Shown in pieces: positions 14,257 to 29,351 of a stretch of DNA of 64,000 nt. Numbering within the stretch: the first letter of the stretch is position 1; each line of letters opens with the position of its first letter. The translations under genes were made by a program, and so were the position numbers. The DNA is taken from assembly GCF_006345805.1 (NCBI RefSeq), contig NC_043008.1, positions 47,492,001-47,556,000 on the forward strand, given 5' to 3'. The notes beneath the pieces are model-generated. The model was not told the DNA's origin. It ran no database searches and saw only the letters and a program-made list of their open reading frames with translations. The DNA is from Octopus sinensis (taxonomy: Eukaryota).

Positions 14257-14348
14257 GATAGATAGATAGATAGATAGATGATAGATGATAGATAGATAGA
14301 TAGATAGAGAGATAGATTAGATAGATAGATATATAGATAGATAGATAG

Positions 14349-14428
<80 letters not shown>

Positions 14429-14546
14429 CAAGCAAGTAGGTAGGTAGGTAGGTAGCTAAGCAGGTAGGTAGAAAGTCTGAAACACAGGTATAATTATATT
14501 ATAGAAATATATATATATATACAGTTTATGTGTGTGTATATATATG

Positions 14547-14624
<78 letters not shown>

Positions 14625-14832
14625 ACATTGTTATACATACATATGTGGATATCATGTATGTATATATATATAGAGAGAGACAGAGCAAGGAAGAGAGGGA
14701 GAATCAGACAGGCACACACATACACACACATACACACACATACACACACACACACTCACACACACAATACATATATGTAATAGAAAGATAGAGAGAGAGA
14801 GAATGAGAGATAGAAAACCACAGACAAACAAA

Positions 14833-14868
<36 letters not shown>

Positions 14869-15320
14869 AGGGATAGAAATGAATAAAATAATTAGATGAA
14901 GAATGAAAGAAAATGGAAAGAAAGATCGAACGAATGATTAAAGGAAAGAAGCTAATTTTATAGACAGAAGAGAAAAGAGTGGAAAATGGCAGTCTTGGGA
15001 AAATGAGGATGAAGAGGAGGAGGAGAAGCGAATGAATAAAGGTATGAGAGAGTGGGTGGGGGCGGGGAGAGAAGAATATATAAATGGGAAGGAGAGAAAA
15101 TGATGCAGACGAAATATGTAAACAATATGTATTCGATATGAAATAGACAGGTTGAAAGGAAGAAAGGAAGGAATTGTGAAGGAAAAACGAAGGAATTCGG
15201 ATGAAGGAAGCAACGCGTGCATGAAAGAGAACGAATACAAATATAGATACTAAAGAAAAGAAGAGAGAGAGAGAGAGAGGAGAGAGAGAGGGAGAGAGAG
15301 AGAGAGAGTAGGCATAGAGC
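14040..15320 (+). repeat. Purine-rich low-complexity tract with (GATA)n, (TA)n, (CA)n and (GA)n blocks
   Basis: Strong purine strand bias, seen directly. Confidence 0.85.
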
Positions 15321-16045
15321 AGTGTGTGATATGTAAGTGTAGGGTGAAGGGTGAGGGGGTTGTATTTGCCCCAGTACACAGATACACACATTCACAATCA
15401 CACATGCACACACACATACATGTATAAACAGACGGACAGACAGACAGACGTAATAGAAGAGAAAATATCTGCCTTTTTATTCAAGCATAACATACAACAC
15501 TATAAACACACATACACACACAAGCACACACACACACACACAAACATGCATATATGTTCACAGAAACATATATACATACAAACATACATACATACACACA
15601 GCGATACACATGCAAAAACTAAGGGTTTTTTTTTTCTTTCCTACGAGAATCTACGAACTGCACACGGTGCATAGATAGGAGGGTGAATGTGTGTGAAGTG
15701 AAGAAAAGTTCAGTTGGTGCACATGTGGATTGATAAGAAAGAAAGAAAAACGATAAAAGAGAAAAAATCATCCGAGAGGAAAGGCGCGATATGAACGCAT
15801 TGGCTTGGAGGGAACCGGCGTCCTTAGATTGCTTTATGCGAAGACACAAATACACTCATCCACTTGTGCGCACACGTGCGCGCGTGTGTGTGTGTGTGTG
15901 TGTGTATACAGCTATTTTCATATATACATGTACGAATGTATACATGTATGCATATAGGGAGAGTTTAGGAAAAAACAAACGATGAAGATAGGTGGTGTAC
16001 AAAACAAACAGATGTATTAGTATAACGCTCAGGAATAGAAAAAGT

Positions 16046-16081
16046 CTTTTACGTTTCGAGCCTACACTCTTCTACAGAAAG
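16046..16081 (-). ncRNA. Minimal type-I hammerhead-like motif, A6U core variant
   Basis: Minus strand reads CTTT-CTGTAGA-A-GAGT(GTAG)GCTC-GAAA-CGT-A-AAAG; inverted partner of 16269-16304. Confidence 0.6.
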
Positions 16082-16155
16082 GGACACAGCAAAAACAAGG
16101 AGAGTCCCAAGGAGAGAAAAGAAAGTGTGTAGTGGCCAACGATCTATCATGGCGA

Positions 16156-16208
<53 letters not shown>

Positions 16209-16268
16209 ATATATGGACCGCTGAAATCTACAAGTTCATTTCACTCTCTCTGTTTAATTTCTCTTTGC

Positions 16269-16304
16269 CTTTCTGTTGAAGAGCATAGGCTCGAAACGTA
16301 AAAG
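16269..16304 (+). ncRNA. Minimal type-I hammerhead-like motif, A6U core variant
   Basis: CTTT-CTGTTGA-A-GAGC(ATAG)GCTC-GAAA-CGT-A-AAAG. All stems pair, GUA triplet, but the core reads CUGUUGA. Confidence 0.6.
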
Positions 16305-16389
16305 ACTGTTTCATTTTTCCGAGTTTAAACTAATACACCTGTTTGTTCTTAATACACTTGTCTTTGTTTTTTGCTTTCCTATTAATCTC

Positions 16390-16432
<43 letters not shown>

Positions 16433-16669
16433 TAAAAGGAATTCCAACCTTATCTGATTTTCACGTTTTATTTACAATCTTATAATGATATAATATAATA
16501 TAATATAATATAATAAAGTAATAGAATGTTAAATATTCATTCTGATTGAACAAGTACTTTCATGCATTAAATTCTGCAATCTTCAGGTTCATGTAGTAGT
16601 GGTGACAGACAAGGTTGGAATTCCTTTTATTAATATATACTTCTATACACAATCACACACACCCGTATA

Positions 16670-16749
<80 letters not shown>

Positions 16750-17249
16750 TTTCTACTAAAGACACAAGGCCTGAAAGTTTGGGTGACGGGGCTAGTCGAT
16801 CAGATCGGCCTCAGTGCATAACTGGTACTTAATTTATCGAACCCGAATTTGAGCTCAAAACTGGACCGCAGACATGTAGGTGTACCGCAACTAAATTAAG
16901 ATTTCAGTCTTTCGTATCGAAATACAGCCATGTTCTCATTGATTTCTATTAAACGGTTTCGTTTCCCAAAAGATGTATACCAGGAAGTGAATCAAAAACA
17001 AAAAAAACTGATCAGTTATAATTTCATGACTATGACAACCTTGAGGAGAGTAAGTGACAGTGAGAGCAAACTTTTGCTGATCGGTTATTTTGTTGCTGGA
17101 GCGGAACACAAGGTTTCGATGTATCGCAGCAGATATCAGTGGTTTTCAATGCATTCATAGAACTGTAACAATTCGACATGTATGTCATGGAGGAATACAC
17201 GCAACAGCTCCTTTACAATCCTGCCTCGTCTGGCTTGTAATTTTAATTC

Positions 17250-17640
17250 AACGTTCAGTTTGCAAACGGCGAAATATTGATCTTTTATTTATTTCAATCA
17301 TTGAAATGCGGCCATGCTGGATCATTTTAGTCGATCAAATCAGCTCTAATATTTATCGTTTAAAAATATTTGTAAATTACTTTATTATTCTCATTTTTAC
17401 TTTATGGCATCCTAAACAAACCAAGAAAGGTTTTCAAACGGTGAGAGAAACCGATAGAAATATAAGCTTTAAAACGCATAGGAAGGGATTCTCCACAGTT
17501 TCTGTCTTTCAGTTTCACTCGTAAGGCATTGATCATTCGAGAGTCATAGTAAAAAACATTATTCCAAGGAGCCACGCAGTGGAACTGAACCCAAAACCGC
17601 GTGATTGCGAAGCAAACTTTTTAACCACACAACCATGCCT
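17250..17640 (-). mobile_element. Diverged SINE of the same family
   Basis: gcggccatgctgga at the tail and ccacgcagtggaactgaaccc...ttaaccacacaaccat at the head. Confidence 0.55.
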
Positions 17641-18504
17641 ACCTCTGTGCAAAATAAGATTTTCAAAAATATTTTCAACTTTTCAAAAGCTCTCTATTTC
17701 TTACGCTGTTTCTTAACAAGCAACGTTTCTTTCGCTTTCGCATTTCTAAAGAATAAGCATAAAGGAAATGTTCGAATATGACAAAGGAAAGAAAAAAAAT
17801 GCGATTGCGATTGAGGAAGAGCGTAGTAGCAAGAAAAAACAAAGAAATATTAAACAATTTTTTTTTAAATTTAAAATAGCGAAATATGAAGAATAAGAGC
17901 AGAAAGTAACTTTACTATTCAGTTTCGTCTTTTGGTCAAATGTCGACCTTTAAGTGAGATTCTATCGTGACTGCTGTAGCTTCACTTACGTTGACATCAA
18001 TAGGATATTTTTTTGCTAACCTTTTTTTTTCTTATGAATCTCATTTATATTTGATAGTTTGACCCTCCTTAATGGAAAATGTTCGTGTCTGTCTTTAAAG
18101 GGAAAGAACAGTTCAGTAAATACATACATTAATAAATAAATAACCCTTCATATATATATAGAGAGAGAGAGGGAGAGAGAGAGAGAGAGAGATACAGATA
18201 TATATTTACACACACATATGCAGGGATTAAATATATTCGTGTGTGGTGTGTGTGTGTGTGTGTGTGTGTGTGAGTGTGTGTATATTATTTAGCGTAAAAA
18301 AGCTTCAAGATTATATGAGACAATTTGAGAAAAAGAAATGGATGCTAACAAAATCCAAACCACGCCATCTAGTGGTAGTTCTGCTGTCGATGATATTTAA
18401 GAGCGAATATGGCTCCACTCCCTCAAACTAAAAATAAGAACTAATTTTTAAGCTTGCAGTATTGTTTTTGCTGTTGTTGCTGCTATCGTTGTTGCTGTTA
18501 TCAT

Positions 18505-19273
<769 letters not shown>

Positions 19274-19334
19274 GTTGTTATTATTATTAGTATTAGTATT
19301 ATTATTATTATTATCATCATCATTATTATTATTA

Positions 19335-19500
19335 TAGACGTTGCACAGTATACAATATCGAGAGGTTGTTGATTGAAGATAATGTGTCTACCAGGGGTTT
19401 CGTACTGTTTGAAAAGTCACAACAACGACCTCAGACAAACAGTACTTTACGCAATACGCGTGCAGTTCCAAGTAATGCCCACTTTTGCAATACTCCTAAT
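19335..19500 (-). mobile_element. R4/Dong-like (REL endonuclease) LINE extreme 3' end
   Basis: Minus frame LQKWALLGTARVLRKVL*, a short 3' UTR, then (TAA)n. Matches my recollection of the LQK.ALLGTA.ILRKVL C-terminus. Confidence 0.65.
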
Positions 19501-19520
19501 AAAGAAGAAGAAGAAGAAGA

Positions 19521-19599
<79 letters not shown>

Positions 19600-20398
19600 G
19601 CAGAAATATATTTTTCCGGTGGCAATTTAGTCACTTTATATGTTGACCTTCTTAAACTTAGAACTTAGAATCTTACTGCTGTCACAGTCTTTAGTTGGAA
19701 GAAACTATGTCGCCTTTTTTTAGGCTTAAATTAGGAAACAAACCCCATAATGGAATATGGCGGCCACACTGAAGCTAATATGTGATTTTATCTGTATAGA
19801 TGCGAACATGACTGTTTCCAGCGGACGCAACATGAAGACCTTTGCATTTCTCTCCCTCCTAAAAATAAGTGTCCAAATCATTTGATTTCCAACTGCATAT
19901 AACTAATCAAAGCATTGTTGCCATCAGGTTTGATATAAACTTTTCTAGATTTCATTCGCATTTGACGACTTGCATTTATTTGATTCGTCTGTTGCCTTTT
20001 TTTTCTATCTGTTTCTGATATTTTTTCTTTAGCTTCGTGTATTTAGAAATCGTAGAAGTACAAAAGTGAATAAAGAAAATAATTATATGGAAGGGGAAAG
20101 TGCTGGAATGATTTCCAGAAAAATAAGAGAATCACAGGATTATAAATAAATAAACAAATCTTGCTAATTTACTTAGGAATTATTTCCAACATAAGAGTTT
20201 GTAAGCCGATTTCTCTACTACAAAATTAGGTAATTGCATATTACACACACACGTATGGCAAGAACGTGTTAAAACAGGAACGAAGGAAGTTTACTATTTC
20301 AATGATATTTTTCTACGCTTCCTGCGTGTCAAAATGTACATAAAAACACATGAAAATCTGCCCCATTAAAACAGCTCGTTTGTTAAACTGTCAAGTAT

Positions 20399-20517
<119 letters not shown>

Positions 20518-20521
20518 TAGA

Positions 20522-21908
20522 GAGAGATAACTTTATTTATTGGCCACACAGGGCTGAACACAGAGGGAACAAATACAAATGTAGAGCTTTTCTTTTCGAA
20601 GATGGAAATGAAAATGGAAAAAAATGGAAACAGATGTAAAATTCCGATCAAAAGGGATCGTGTATCACAGAAAGAAATTTCTTTTAAAAAGTAAGAAACA
20701 AGATTAGGTTCATCTGTGGAAAGAAAAACCTACAGAAAAGTCTACGGTAACCTCAGTCAAGGAGGAAATAAACACATCAGAGCAAAGTGCTCTCTCTCCC
20801 TCTCTTTTACGATTTACAGGATCAAGCTGAAAGTGGTTTCGTCACTCGCACGCACCATCTTTGCTACATTGACCCATCGTTTTTTGAAACTTTCACAAGA
20901 CAAAACCTGCCTCTCCATTCTCACCTTCCTTTTCAAGTGGTACTTGAAAAAGTTGAGCGATTGGCCAGAGAGGTAAGTCTTTGTCTCTAATCCTTTCGCT
21001 CGAGTCTACCATACACATTCTTTCCCCATGGCCACCAGTACGATGAAGACTGCCTTGCCTTTCCGGGTGAGGGAAGGGGGCGGAGCGACTTCACACGATA
21101 GACTCGGCCGACAGGCGGACTTGTCCTACACCGACAGCAGCCGTTCGGCATAAGCCCGCAGGTCCGAAATGGATGGACACTGCACGAGTGCGTGCAGAAC
21201 GGTTTCGTCGCTCTTACCGCATCTCTGGCAAGTCGGTCCAGTGTGTCTCGAATCGTGCCTGTAGAGCTTATCCCGAACAGGTAATGCTTCTCGATAGCAC
21301 TGCCAGGCCAGGGATCTTTGGTGATTTTCCTGAAAGTTGCCCTGAACAGGTGGATCAGGTGTCTCTCGTCGACGCCCAGATTTTGCCCGAGAACGTCGTC
21401 GCACCTCCCCTCTACTAATCCTCTATAGAACGCCTTTGTTGTAATGAAGTTGCACAAATTTGGTCCCGGACGGCAGAGTTGCTTCAGAGCAACGCGACAC
21501 TCACGGTGCCCCGGTCTCTGTTTGATCCACGACTGCAGTTCGGCCAAGGAGACGAGCTGCAGGAAAGTGCGTCGCACAAAAGGCGACCACACCTGTTAAC
21601 CGTCGTGTATGGAGCGCCGGAGATGTCGCAGTCTCAGCCATGTCTGCGCATCATCAACCACGGCATGCCTAGCCCTCCATTTAGCGAGTGTTGACAGCAA
21701 ATGCATCGCCTAACCATCGGAACGCTTCCCTTCCACAGAAAGCGGAAGATCATGTGTTCCAGTTTGGTGATGGTAGGGTCGGGACAAGGCACGACGGTCA
21801 TACTGCACTCGATGACGGATGCGAGGTACGCGTTCGCCACCTTCGCCCGACCTTTTAGTCGTTATTTTGCCCCAGTTCTTCTCCATTTGGAGGTCCTCTT
21901 CTCCAGGT

Positions 21909-21910
<2 letters not shown>
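20522..21910 (-). mobile_element. Tx1/L1-clade LINE 3' fragment (RT C-terminus and zf-RVT), frameshifted, inside a (GATA)n array
   Basis: IFRFLWKG..V.R...Q....GGLGMP and LAWQCYREALPVRDKLY..C.RCG..ETVLHAL.QCP are spread over three frames. The 3' end has AATAAA running into (TATC)n; (GATA)n flanks both sides. Confidence 0.85.
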
Positions 21911-22165
<255 letters not shown>

Positions 22166-23518
22166 GATAAGCAGTTAGATGAGCCTGTATATAGTAAGAG
22201 GTTTAACTCAGTAAGCTAAATAAGGTTGCAAGTTTTTCAGAAGATTTATGGCTTTGTCTTTAACTTTTCCATTTTTCATGAGAGCATCTATCGATCAGCA
22301 TTTCTGATAAAGAATATTCCATAAAACATCAACGTATTTACATTGTAAAAAGGTTCTCACATTTTCTCTGTAGAATATTTAAGAAATGTTCTTTAATGAT
22401 GGTTTAACAAGAAAAAATGTCGCAGATATAAAAGGAATTTTTAACGAAAAGTATTTACAGAGATATAATTTACATAGAGCGCATGTTCTTAATGCTCAAT
22501 TCTTTAAGGAAATATTCTTCAGAATAGATTTGCCAATAATGTCTATATCGTAGAAATGGTGATCTCATATTAAAGAGATAGCGAGAGGAAATATCTTTTT
22601 TCTTCCTGCTACATCATTTTTTTACTTTACAGTGGAGTTTTTTCTCCTGTGTTATCAATTTTCCAATCGACCAGTTTTACGATTTCAATTTCCTTATACG
22701 CTGGATTTCTATAAAATACACAAATTTTCTGCACCATGTTCCTGAAATTCTGTCTTAATGATTACTAAAGCCATAGATGTAATAAGCTGTGGAGAGGCCA
22801 TTTATACAAGTAAATTTGTATTCCTCGTTCAATCCATTTATTCTCCTTACATATCCAATTCTATTACAAAATATATGAATACATACGACTGCATTTCTCT
22901 TCCTTCATATATTCTTGCTATCGCATCTTTGTGCGAATTCACAACAACCTGGTTTCAATATTTATGGAATGATCCGAAAATTAGCATCAAGTATTTCTAT
23001 TAATAAATATGATTGTTCTTTTGCAACTTCTCAGAAAGTTAGTGGATATTTTGTTCTTTAAAAATTCCCAACGAAGTTTTAATCCTTCATGACTAGGTAT
23101 CTAGATATCCTAAATAGTTCTGGAGGGATAAGCTTATACATAAAACACCTCGAAAGTGTAAGAGGTGGGAAACGGCAGTACTTCGCACCTGTGATTTTAG
23201 TGTTTATCAAAACAGAGTAACTGTAGAATAATTTCGCTACTTTCTTCTTTAATGAATATTTAAATATTTGGCATCATTAATTAACCATGGAAACAATAAA
23301 CTTAGCTTATAAAAGCAGTAAATCTTTTAAAATACGGCACAAAATATATTATGCATTAGCTTGCAACCTCATATTTTTTCCAAATTTTTACAACGTACAT
23401 CTTTGTAAGAGACAGCCAGATTTAAATAATTTCGGCAAAAAACAATAAAAAATTATGTTAACATTTCACCGCGAGGAGATTCTAGACGTTTCAGATTTTA
23501 AGAAAGCAATTTCCTTAC

Positions 23519-23596
23519 CTGTTTATATTGACGATCGAGTTCCGTGTCATTCAAGATTTTGTCTGGGTAACCAATCATCTCGCGCATGCTCTCTGC
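23519..23596 (-). CDS. M13 metallopeptidase internal exon, 78 nt: AESMREMIGYPDKILNDTELDRQYKQ
   Basis: Acceptor ttttctttccag|GCA and donor CAG|gtaagg; phase 0-0. Contains the M13 motif MIGYPD....LD..Y and joins in frame to both neighbouring exons. Confidence 0.95.
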
Positions 23597-24213
23597 CTGG
23601 AAAGAAAATTCCGAAACATTTCATCAAACACTTGTCATTATTTATCACTAATTCATTTCTACCTCCATCGCCATCCACTGCAGACACACACTCACACAAC
23701 ACGGCCACGGCACAAACACAAATACACAGGTGTGTGTGTGTGTGTGTGTGTGTGTGAGTCTGTGTGTTCTTTATTTAATGATCCGAAATGATAAACGGCA
23801 AAATCGACCACAGTAGGATTTGAACCGGCCAAATTACCGCAAAACAGTTTATCCGATGCTGAAGCAACTGTGCCAATCAGCCATTGTAACACACACACAC
23901 AATCTTTACAATTCTTTCAATATAGGTTTTATTTAATCGATGAGTATTTGTCGAATGGATAACTAGTCTCTGCTAAAATAGAGCGATGCAACTCAGCACA
24001 CGGGTTTACAAAATCACATACACGCACACTAACACACACACACACACATACACACACACACATACACATATTGACATATAGACACAAGATACTGTTTCCC
24101 TACTATCAAATCAAACTTAGAAGACACTTCCAAAGATGCTTGGCACAGGGATCGAACTGAGAACCATTATTAATGACTATATATATATATTTATACACAC
24201 ACACACACACACC

Positions 24214-24271
<58 letters not shown>

Positions 24272-24516
24272 CACATATAATATATTATATTATATATTAT
24301 ATTATATTATATATTTTATACTATATATTATATATATATTATATATAATATATATATGTGTGTTTGTGTGTAAGTATGCCTACGTATATTTGCATAACTA
24401 GATACATGATTTGAATTATGTGCATCAATATAAATATATATGAGTTTATGCATGTATGTGAGTGTGGATATCCATGTGTATGCATGTTTTGCATATATAT
24501 ATGTATACATACATAC

Positions 24517-24603
<87 letters not shown>

Positions 24604-24739
24604 AGGATAAGATCGCTAATTTATAATAAAATAACGATTTTATCAAGTGGTCAAGTTATTTTAAGATTAGATACCTTTTGCCCAATTTCAATCTAATTTT
24701 GAAAATGGAAAAGTGGAAGCGAATTTGTAATTTAAGCGC

Positions 24740-26020
24740 GGAAATCTATTTTTTTAATAAATGGTAGATATATAGATAGAAAAATAGAGAGTAAGAGATA
24801 GCGAGAGTCCGAGAGAAAGGAAGAGTAAGAGAGTGGGAAAGGAGAGAGAAAGGAGAGAGAAACAAAGAGGGAGTATGTGGCGATAAGAAACAGAAAGGAA
24901 GCAACAAAAGTAACAACCCACGCGTAGACGGTGGTCACCTGACACTAGTCTCTATCTATGAAACTGAAATGCGAAAAATTTGTTTGTCCTTTTTTGGGAT
25001 TGGAACTAGATGCACTAGATGGGGTCGGATTGGCTCCAAAATTTACAGGGACATGTAAAAAGAGACGAGTAAGTAAGTGGAATAGGTTAGAAACTCCTAT
25101 CTCAAAAGCTGTGGCTACTAGGGTAACAAAACCCACACTTTGACAAGTATTTGCCGTTTCTCACTTTCGCATACCAGCCTGTGTTCCTCCATTTCTCTCT
25201 TTCCTTCCTTTCCTCCAATTTCTCTCTATAACGACGTTTGACAACTTCGCCGTCTCTCTGTCACTCTTTCTCCCACCACCTCTCTCACTGTACGTCAGCC
25301 GCAAAAGTTTAAATATTCCCGCTACAGGTTTTTTAGAACGGTGAATTATTACGTTGATACAAATTGGATTTTTATGTGAAAAGGGGTCTAAATGGAGCTG
25401 GAAGGGGATTAAAATTTACCGGAGGAGACGTTTAGGAATTCTCTGTTACATCAAGTTAAAAAAATTGCGCCAGCCTTTAAATCGTCAATGTGTTGCCGTC
25501 CGTCATGAAGCAGTTTTGAATGCCTGCCGTGGTGAGTCTACTGTCGTGAGAAAGAATCACTTCAAAACTTGGTGTTTAGGAATTTTCTTTTATATCAAGT
25601 TCAAAATTGAATGCCAGCCATGGTGAGTCTACTATCCTCAGGTTCTATCCCTCCACACTTTGGTTTCCAATATATGTTTTTATTCAGCTCGTAACTTAGT
25701 GTTTTGCTGTCCGCCTTGAAGCAGACCTTTCCTTTGGACTGCCTGATATTTATGATTGATCTTTCAACATATTTTTTTTTTCAACTTACTCAAGATCTTT
25801 TGTTCTTTATAAATCGAAGAGAGAGAGGGATAGAAAAAGATAATGAGTAAGAGAAAGCGAGGGAGAGTCCGAGAGAAAGGAAAAGTAAGATAGTGTGAAA
25901 GTGAGAGAGAATGGAGATAGAAACAAAGAGGGAGAATGTGACGATAAGAAACAGAAAGGAAGCAACAGAAACTAACAACCACACCCTCACCCGCGCGTAG
26001 AGCGGGTCACCTTAAGCTAG
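24740..26020 (+). mobile_element. Head-to-tail Helitron-like pair (partial copy to 24948, full copy 24949-26020)
   Basis: About 24740-24948 is a direct repeat of about 25790-26020, and both end in a GC hairpin plus CTAG (ACCCGC-gcgtaga-GCGGGT...CTAG). The second copy starts TCTCTATCTATGAAAC immediately after the first CTAG. Confidence 0.65.
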
Positions 26021-26226
26021 CTTATATATAAATATATGTTAATATTTTAATATTATGTGTGTGTGTGTGTCTGAGCATGTGTGCATGCATACATGTGTGT
26101 GTGAGTGTTAATATCATGTCTGAATACTATTTTCAAAATTACGATATCCTTTAAATACGGTGTTCACATTAGTATATACATACACTGATCCATATTTGGG
26201 TATATGCATACAGTCATGTATGTATG

Positions 26227-26285
<59 letters not shown>

Positions 26286-28932
26286 GTCTGTGTGCGAAAT
26301 TATTTATAAATATTTACTCAGCAACTGAATAGATATAAATGTTGTTTTGTAATAACAATCTTATACTTTAGCATTGACGTCATTGTATCTGTTTGTTCGT
26401 TCGAACAGTCTCAGAACAGTTAAAATACAATCCTCTGGGAATATTTGCAAATGACATAACGTATTAACGTCAATATCATATTCGTATCTGCAGTCCTGCC
26501 AATAATATATTTGCGTTCGTGTGTGGTGATGAATTTTATTTAGTATAAAACAAGTTCATGTTTTCTAGGTTACTTTACTGGGTTCATGTCGCAGACGAAG
26601 CCAATTTGGTCCTTCCTACTATTTCTTTGATAGTAATACTTTTAGCATATGCTCTATTCGTTTACATTAATTGGGATATGTAAGAAATTAACTCTTTAAC
26701 GCAGAATAGAAAGCGAGATATTATATGTTTGCTATTATCTAGTTTTGTTCTACGGGTTTTTAAACTATGATTTGCGTGAAGACAATTTTGTATGGAACAA
26801 ATAACAGATAAACAATCAGAGAAGAACCTACAAGATGGCTGTTATAATATGCGTACAATGTTAATGAACTAGACTCCACACTCTGAAAAGTTCCGATAAA
26901 ATAAACCGACGTCAATGTTAATTATGCTCACTAATGTTAGCAGAAAGACATTTATAATATTGGCGAGTGTTTCGACAACCTGGGTATATAGAATTGAAGT
27001 AATTTCAAGAAAATTATCGGATCAGTTATAATCGATCTAACTCCATCTACAAGTCACGGCTTGACTCTCAGTCTCCTGTTCCCGTTGATTGAATCGACGG
27101 AACAGTTCTGCTCGAGAGCTGAACGTGCAAGTGGCTGAGCACTCCACAGACACGTGCCCTTAATATAGCTCTCAGGGACAATCAGCAAATGCGACAAGGT
27201 TGGCCATTTGATTACTGCTACAACTCACTTTTTGCCAGCTGAATGGATTGGAGCAACAATAAGTAAATGTTGTTCAGGGAATCGAACTGATGACCTTATG
27301 ATCAGGAACCGAATACTGTAACCACTTAGCCACGCGCTTTCACTCAGAATCAAATTACAATTTAAGGAAATTTCCTCATCAAAAGTTTGCCACAGAAGAG
27401 GAATTCACAAAATATTTATGGAATTAGCAGCCATGCATACCAATTATTAGAGGAATCAATCTGATATTGAACTGCTTAACTGAGATTCACTTTCTAACAT
27501 GTGGCTACATTGAACAGCAGACAATCACGTATTCGTTCCACATGAGAGATGAATGCATCCAACTGCATGTTACCTGCAGCTCAATTGTTTGAAGCGTGGA
27601 AACGCCGTTCCCCCTCCCCACCATTTTGCGTTTAGAGTTGAAATCTTGTAGAAAATATAAACTATAGTTATAATAGACGAAGATTCTGCTTATAACTGAT
27701 ATTCCCAGTCACTATTATTTTAAATAATAATCACTGACAAGGGTATATTTTTGTAGGCAAATAAATATTCATTGCTTTACAACTCTTTTCCTCATTCTTG
27801 TCCATATAAGGAAACAAAATTACTCAAACAGCTTTTTAGTTTAACAAATTTCTTTTTAACTTTAAGAATACACAACGAGGACGTAAAACTATTGTATTTA
27901 ACCATTCTAAGAATCAACGACAATTTCTACTGAAGTTGTTTGATGATTAGTAAGTTTGAAAGCCAATTATTCATGACATTATTTAGAAATTGATGGAACA
28001 TTCAGGAATCCTCTAGAAAATTACATTTGTTCCAAGCTTATATATATATCCATGCACAGAATTCAGCGTTTTGTGGCCAGTTTCTTTGCTTGTATTAATT
28101 ATCTGTCTTGTTAGAGATGTCACGGTTGCATCACACGTCAAGTGGAATTTATACAGTTCAAGAGAAAAGTATTTTCTGATCTAAAACCAGGAAAATTTCT
28201 TGCGAGTGAAGTGGTAAGTTACGCAGCTAAGAACACTCGTTAAATGCTAAATATATTAGATTCCTTTCATTCTCTCCTTTTCTCTCTGCTCATTTTAAAC
28301 AAAGCATTTTCTTTAATCTTCAAAGCGATGCCCAATGCTGCTTCTCAAACAGAATTTAGTAACTTTGACTATTGTTTCGAAATCCATTACTTCATATCCT
28401 CTCACAGAAGAATAACATAAAAATGCATTAAATAAGGTTTTGTAGCATAGACAGGATGTTTGATATTATTTGGAGGAGAAGTGGTGTGTTTGATGTGTGT
28501 GTGACTGACTGTTCGAAGAGTTCTAAAGGTGTATAATGATTCTGGCCAAGAATGGAAATCAGACTTTAAGAAGCGGCACACCGGGAACATAACTCCTCTT
28601 ACGAAGTTCCATACACAGACATCACAATATTATCTTACTTTAAAAATTAAAACAATTACAACGTTAGGAATTTACAAACCTGTCAAACAGGCAATGACTT
28701 AGTCAAGGGAATTAGGGATGTGCAAGTGAAATGAAATATTTTAGTTTAGGTATCTCACTGTATTAAGTGAAGTATTAAGATTAGTTTAGTGTTTCCAAAA
28801 TATCTGTATAACTTGTCGTTTCCTTCTCATAGAAAAAAAGGCAAATAACGTAAGGCAGATTCCATGCTGTTTATGGCGGCAACTAACAAAGAACTACGCT
28901 CCTTGTCTGGTGGATTTGTTAAGCAGTTTAGA

Positions 28933-29351
28933 TACTCTTTTTTCTTTTACTCTTTTTACTTGTTTCAGTCATTTGACTGCGGCCATGCTGGAGCACCGCC
29001 TTTAGTCGAGCAAATCGACCCCGGGACTTATTCTTTGTAAGCCCAGTACTTATTCTATCGGTCTCTTTTGCCGAACCGCTAAGTGACAGGGACGTAAACA
29101 CACCAGCATCGGTTGTCAAGCAATGCTAGGGGAACAAACACAGACACACAAACATATTCACACACACTTATATATATATATATATACATATATACGACAG
29201 GCTTCTTTCAGTTTCCGTCTACCAAATCCACTCACAAGGCATTGGTCGGCCCGGGGCTATAGCAGAAGACACTTGCCCAAGATGCCACGCAGTGGGACTG
29301 AACCCGGAACCATGTGGCTGGTTAGCAAGCTACTTACCAAACAGCCACTCA
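28933..29351 (-). mobile_element. tRNA-derived SINE (octopus type), near full length
   Basis: Minus-strand head gagtggctgt.tggtaag...ggttccgggttcagtccc (A/B-box like), central ccttgggcaagtgtcttc segment, and tail ggcggtgctccagcatggccgcagtc; several copies in the window. Confidence 0.85.

Larger units (their letters stand above)
16000..16360. repeat. Inverted pair of family A-like repeats around a (TA)n spacer
   Basis: About 16000-16100 is the reverse complement of about 16255-16360; the shared block cctttctgt.gaagag...ggctcgaaacgtaaaagact...ctaatac..ctgtttgtt is visible directly. Confidence 0.8.

Noticed and set aside
22600-22990. Minus-strand RIGYVRRINGLNEEY segment resembling the M13 IGYP motif
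   Set aside because: It has stops and no splice sites; the true IGYP exon is at 23519-23596.
28115-28213. Plus-strand 99-nt candidate exon (RCHGCITRQVEF...)
   Set aside because: Good splice signals but no homology I recognise; antisense to the supported gene.
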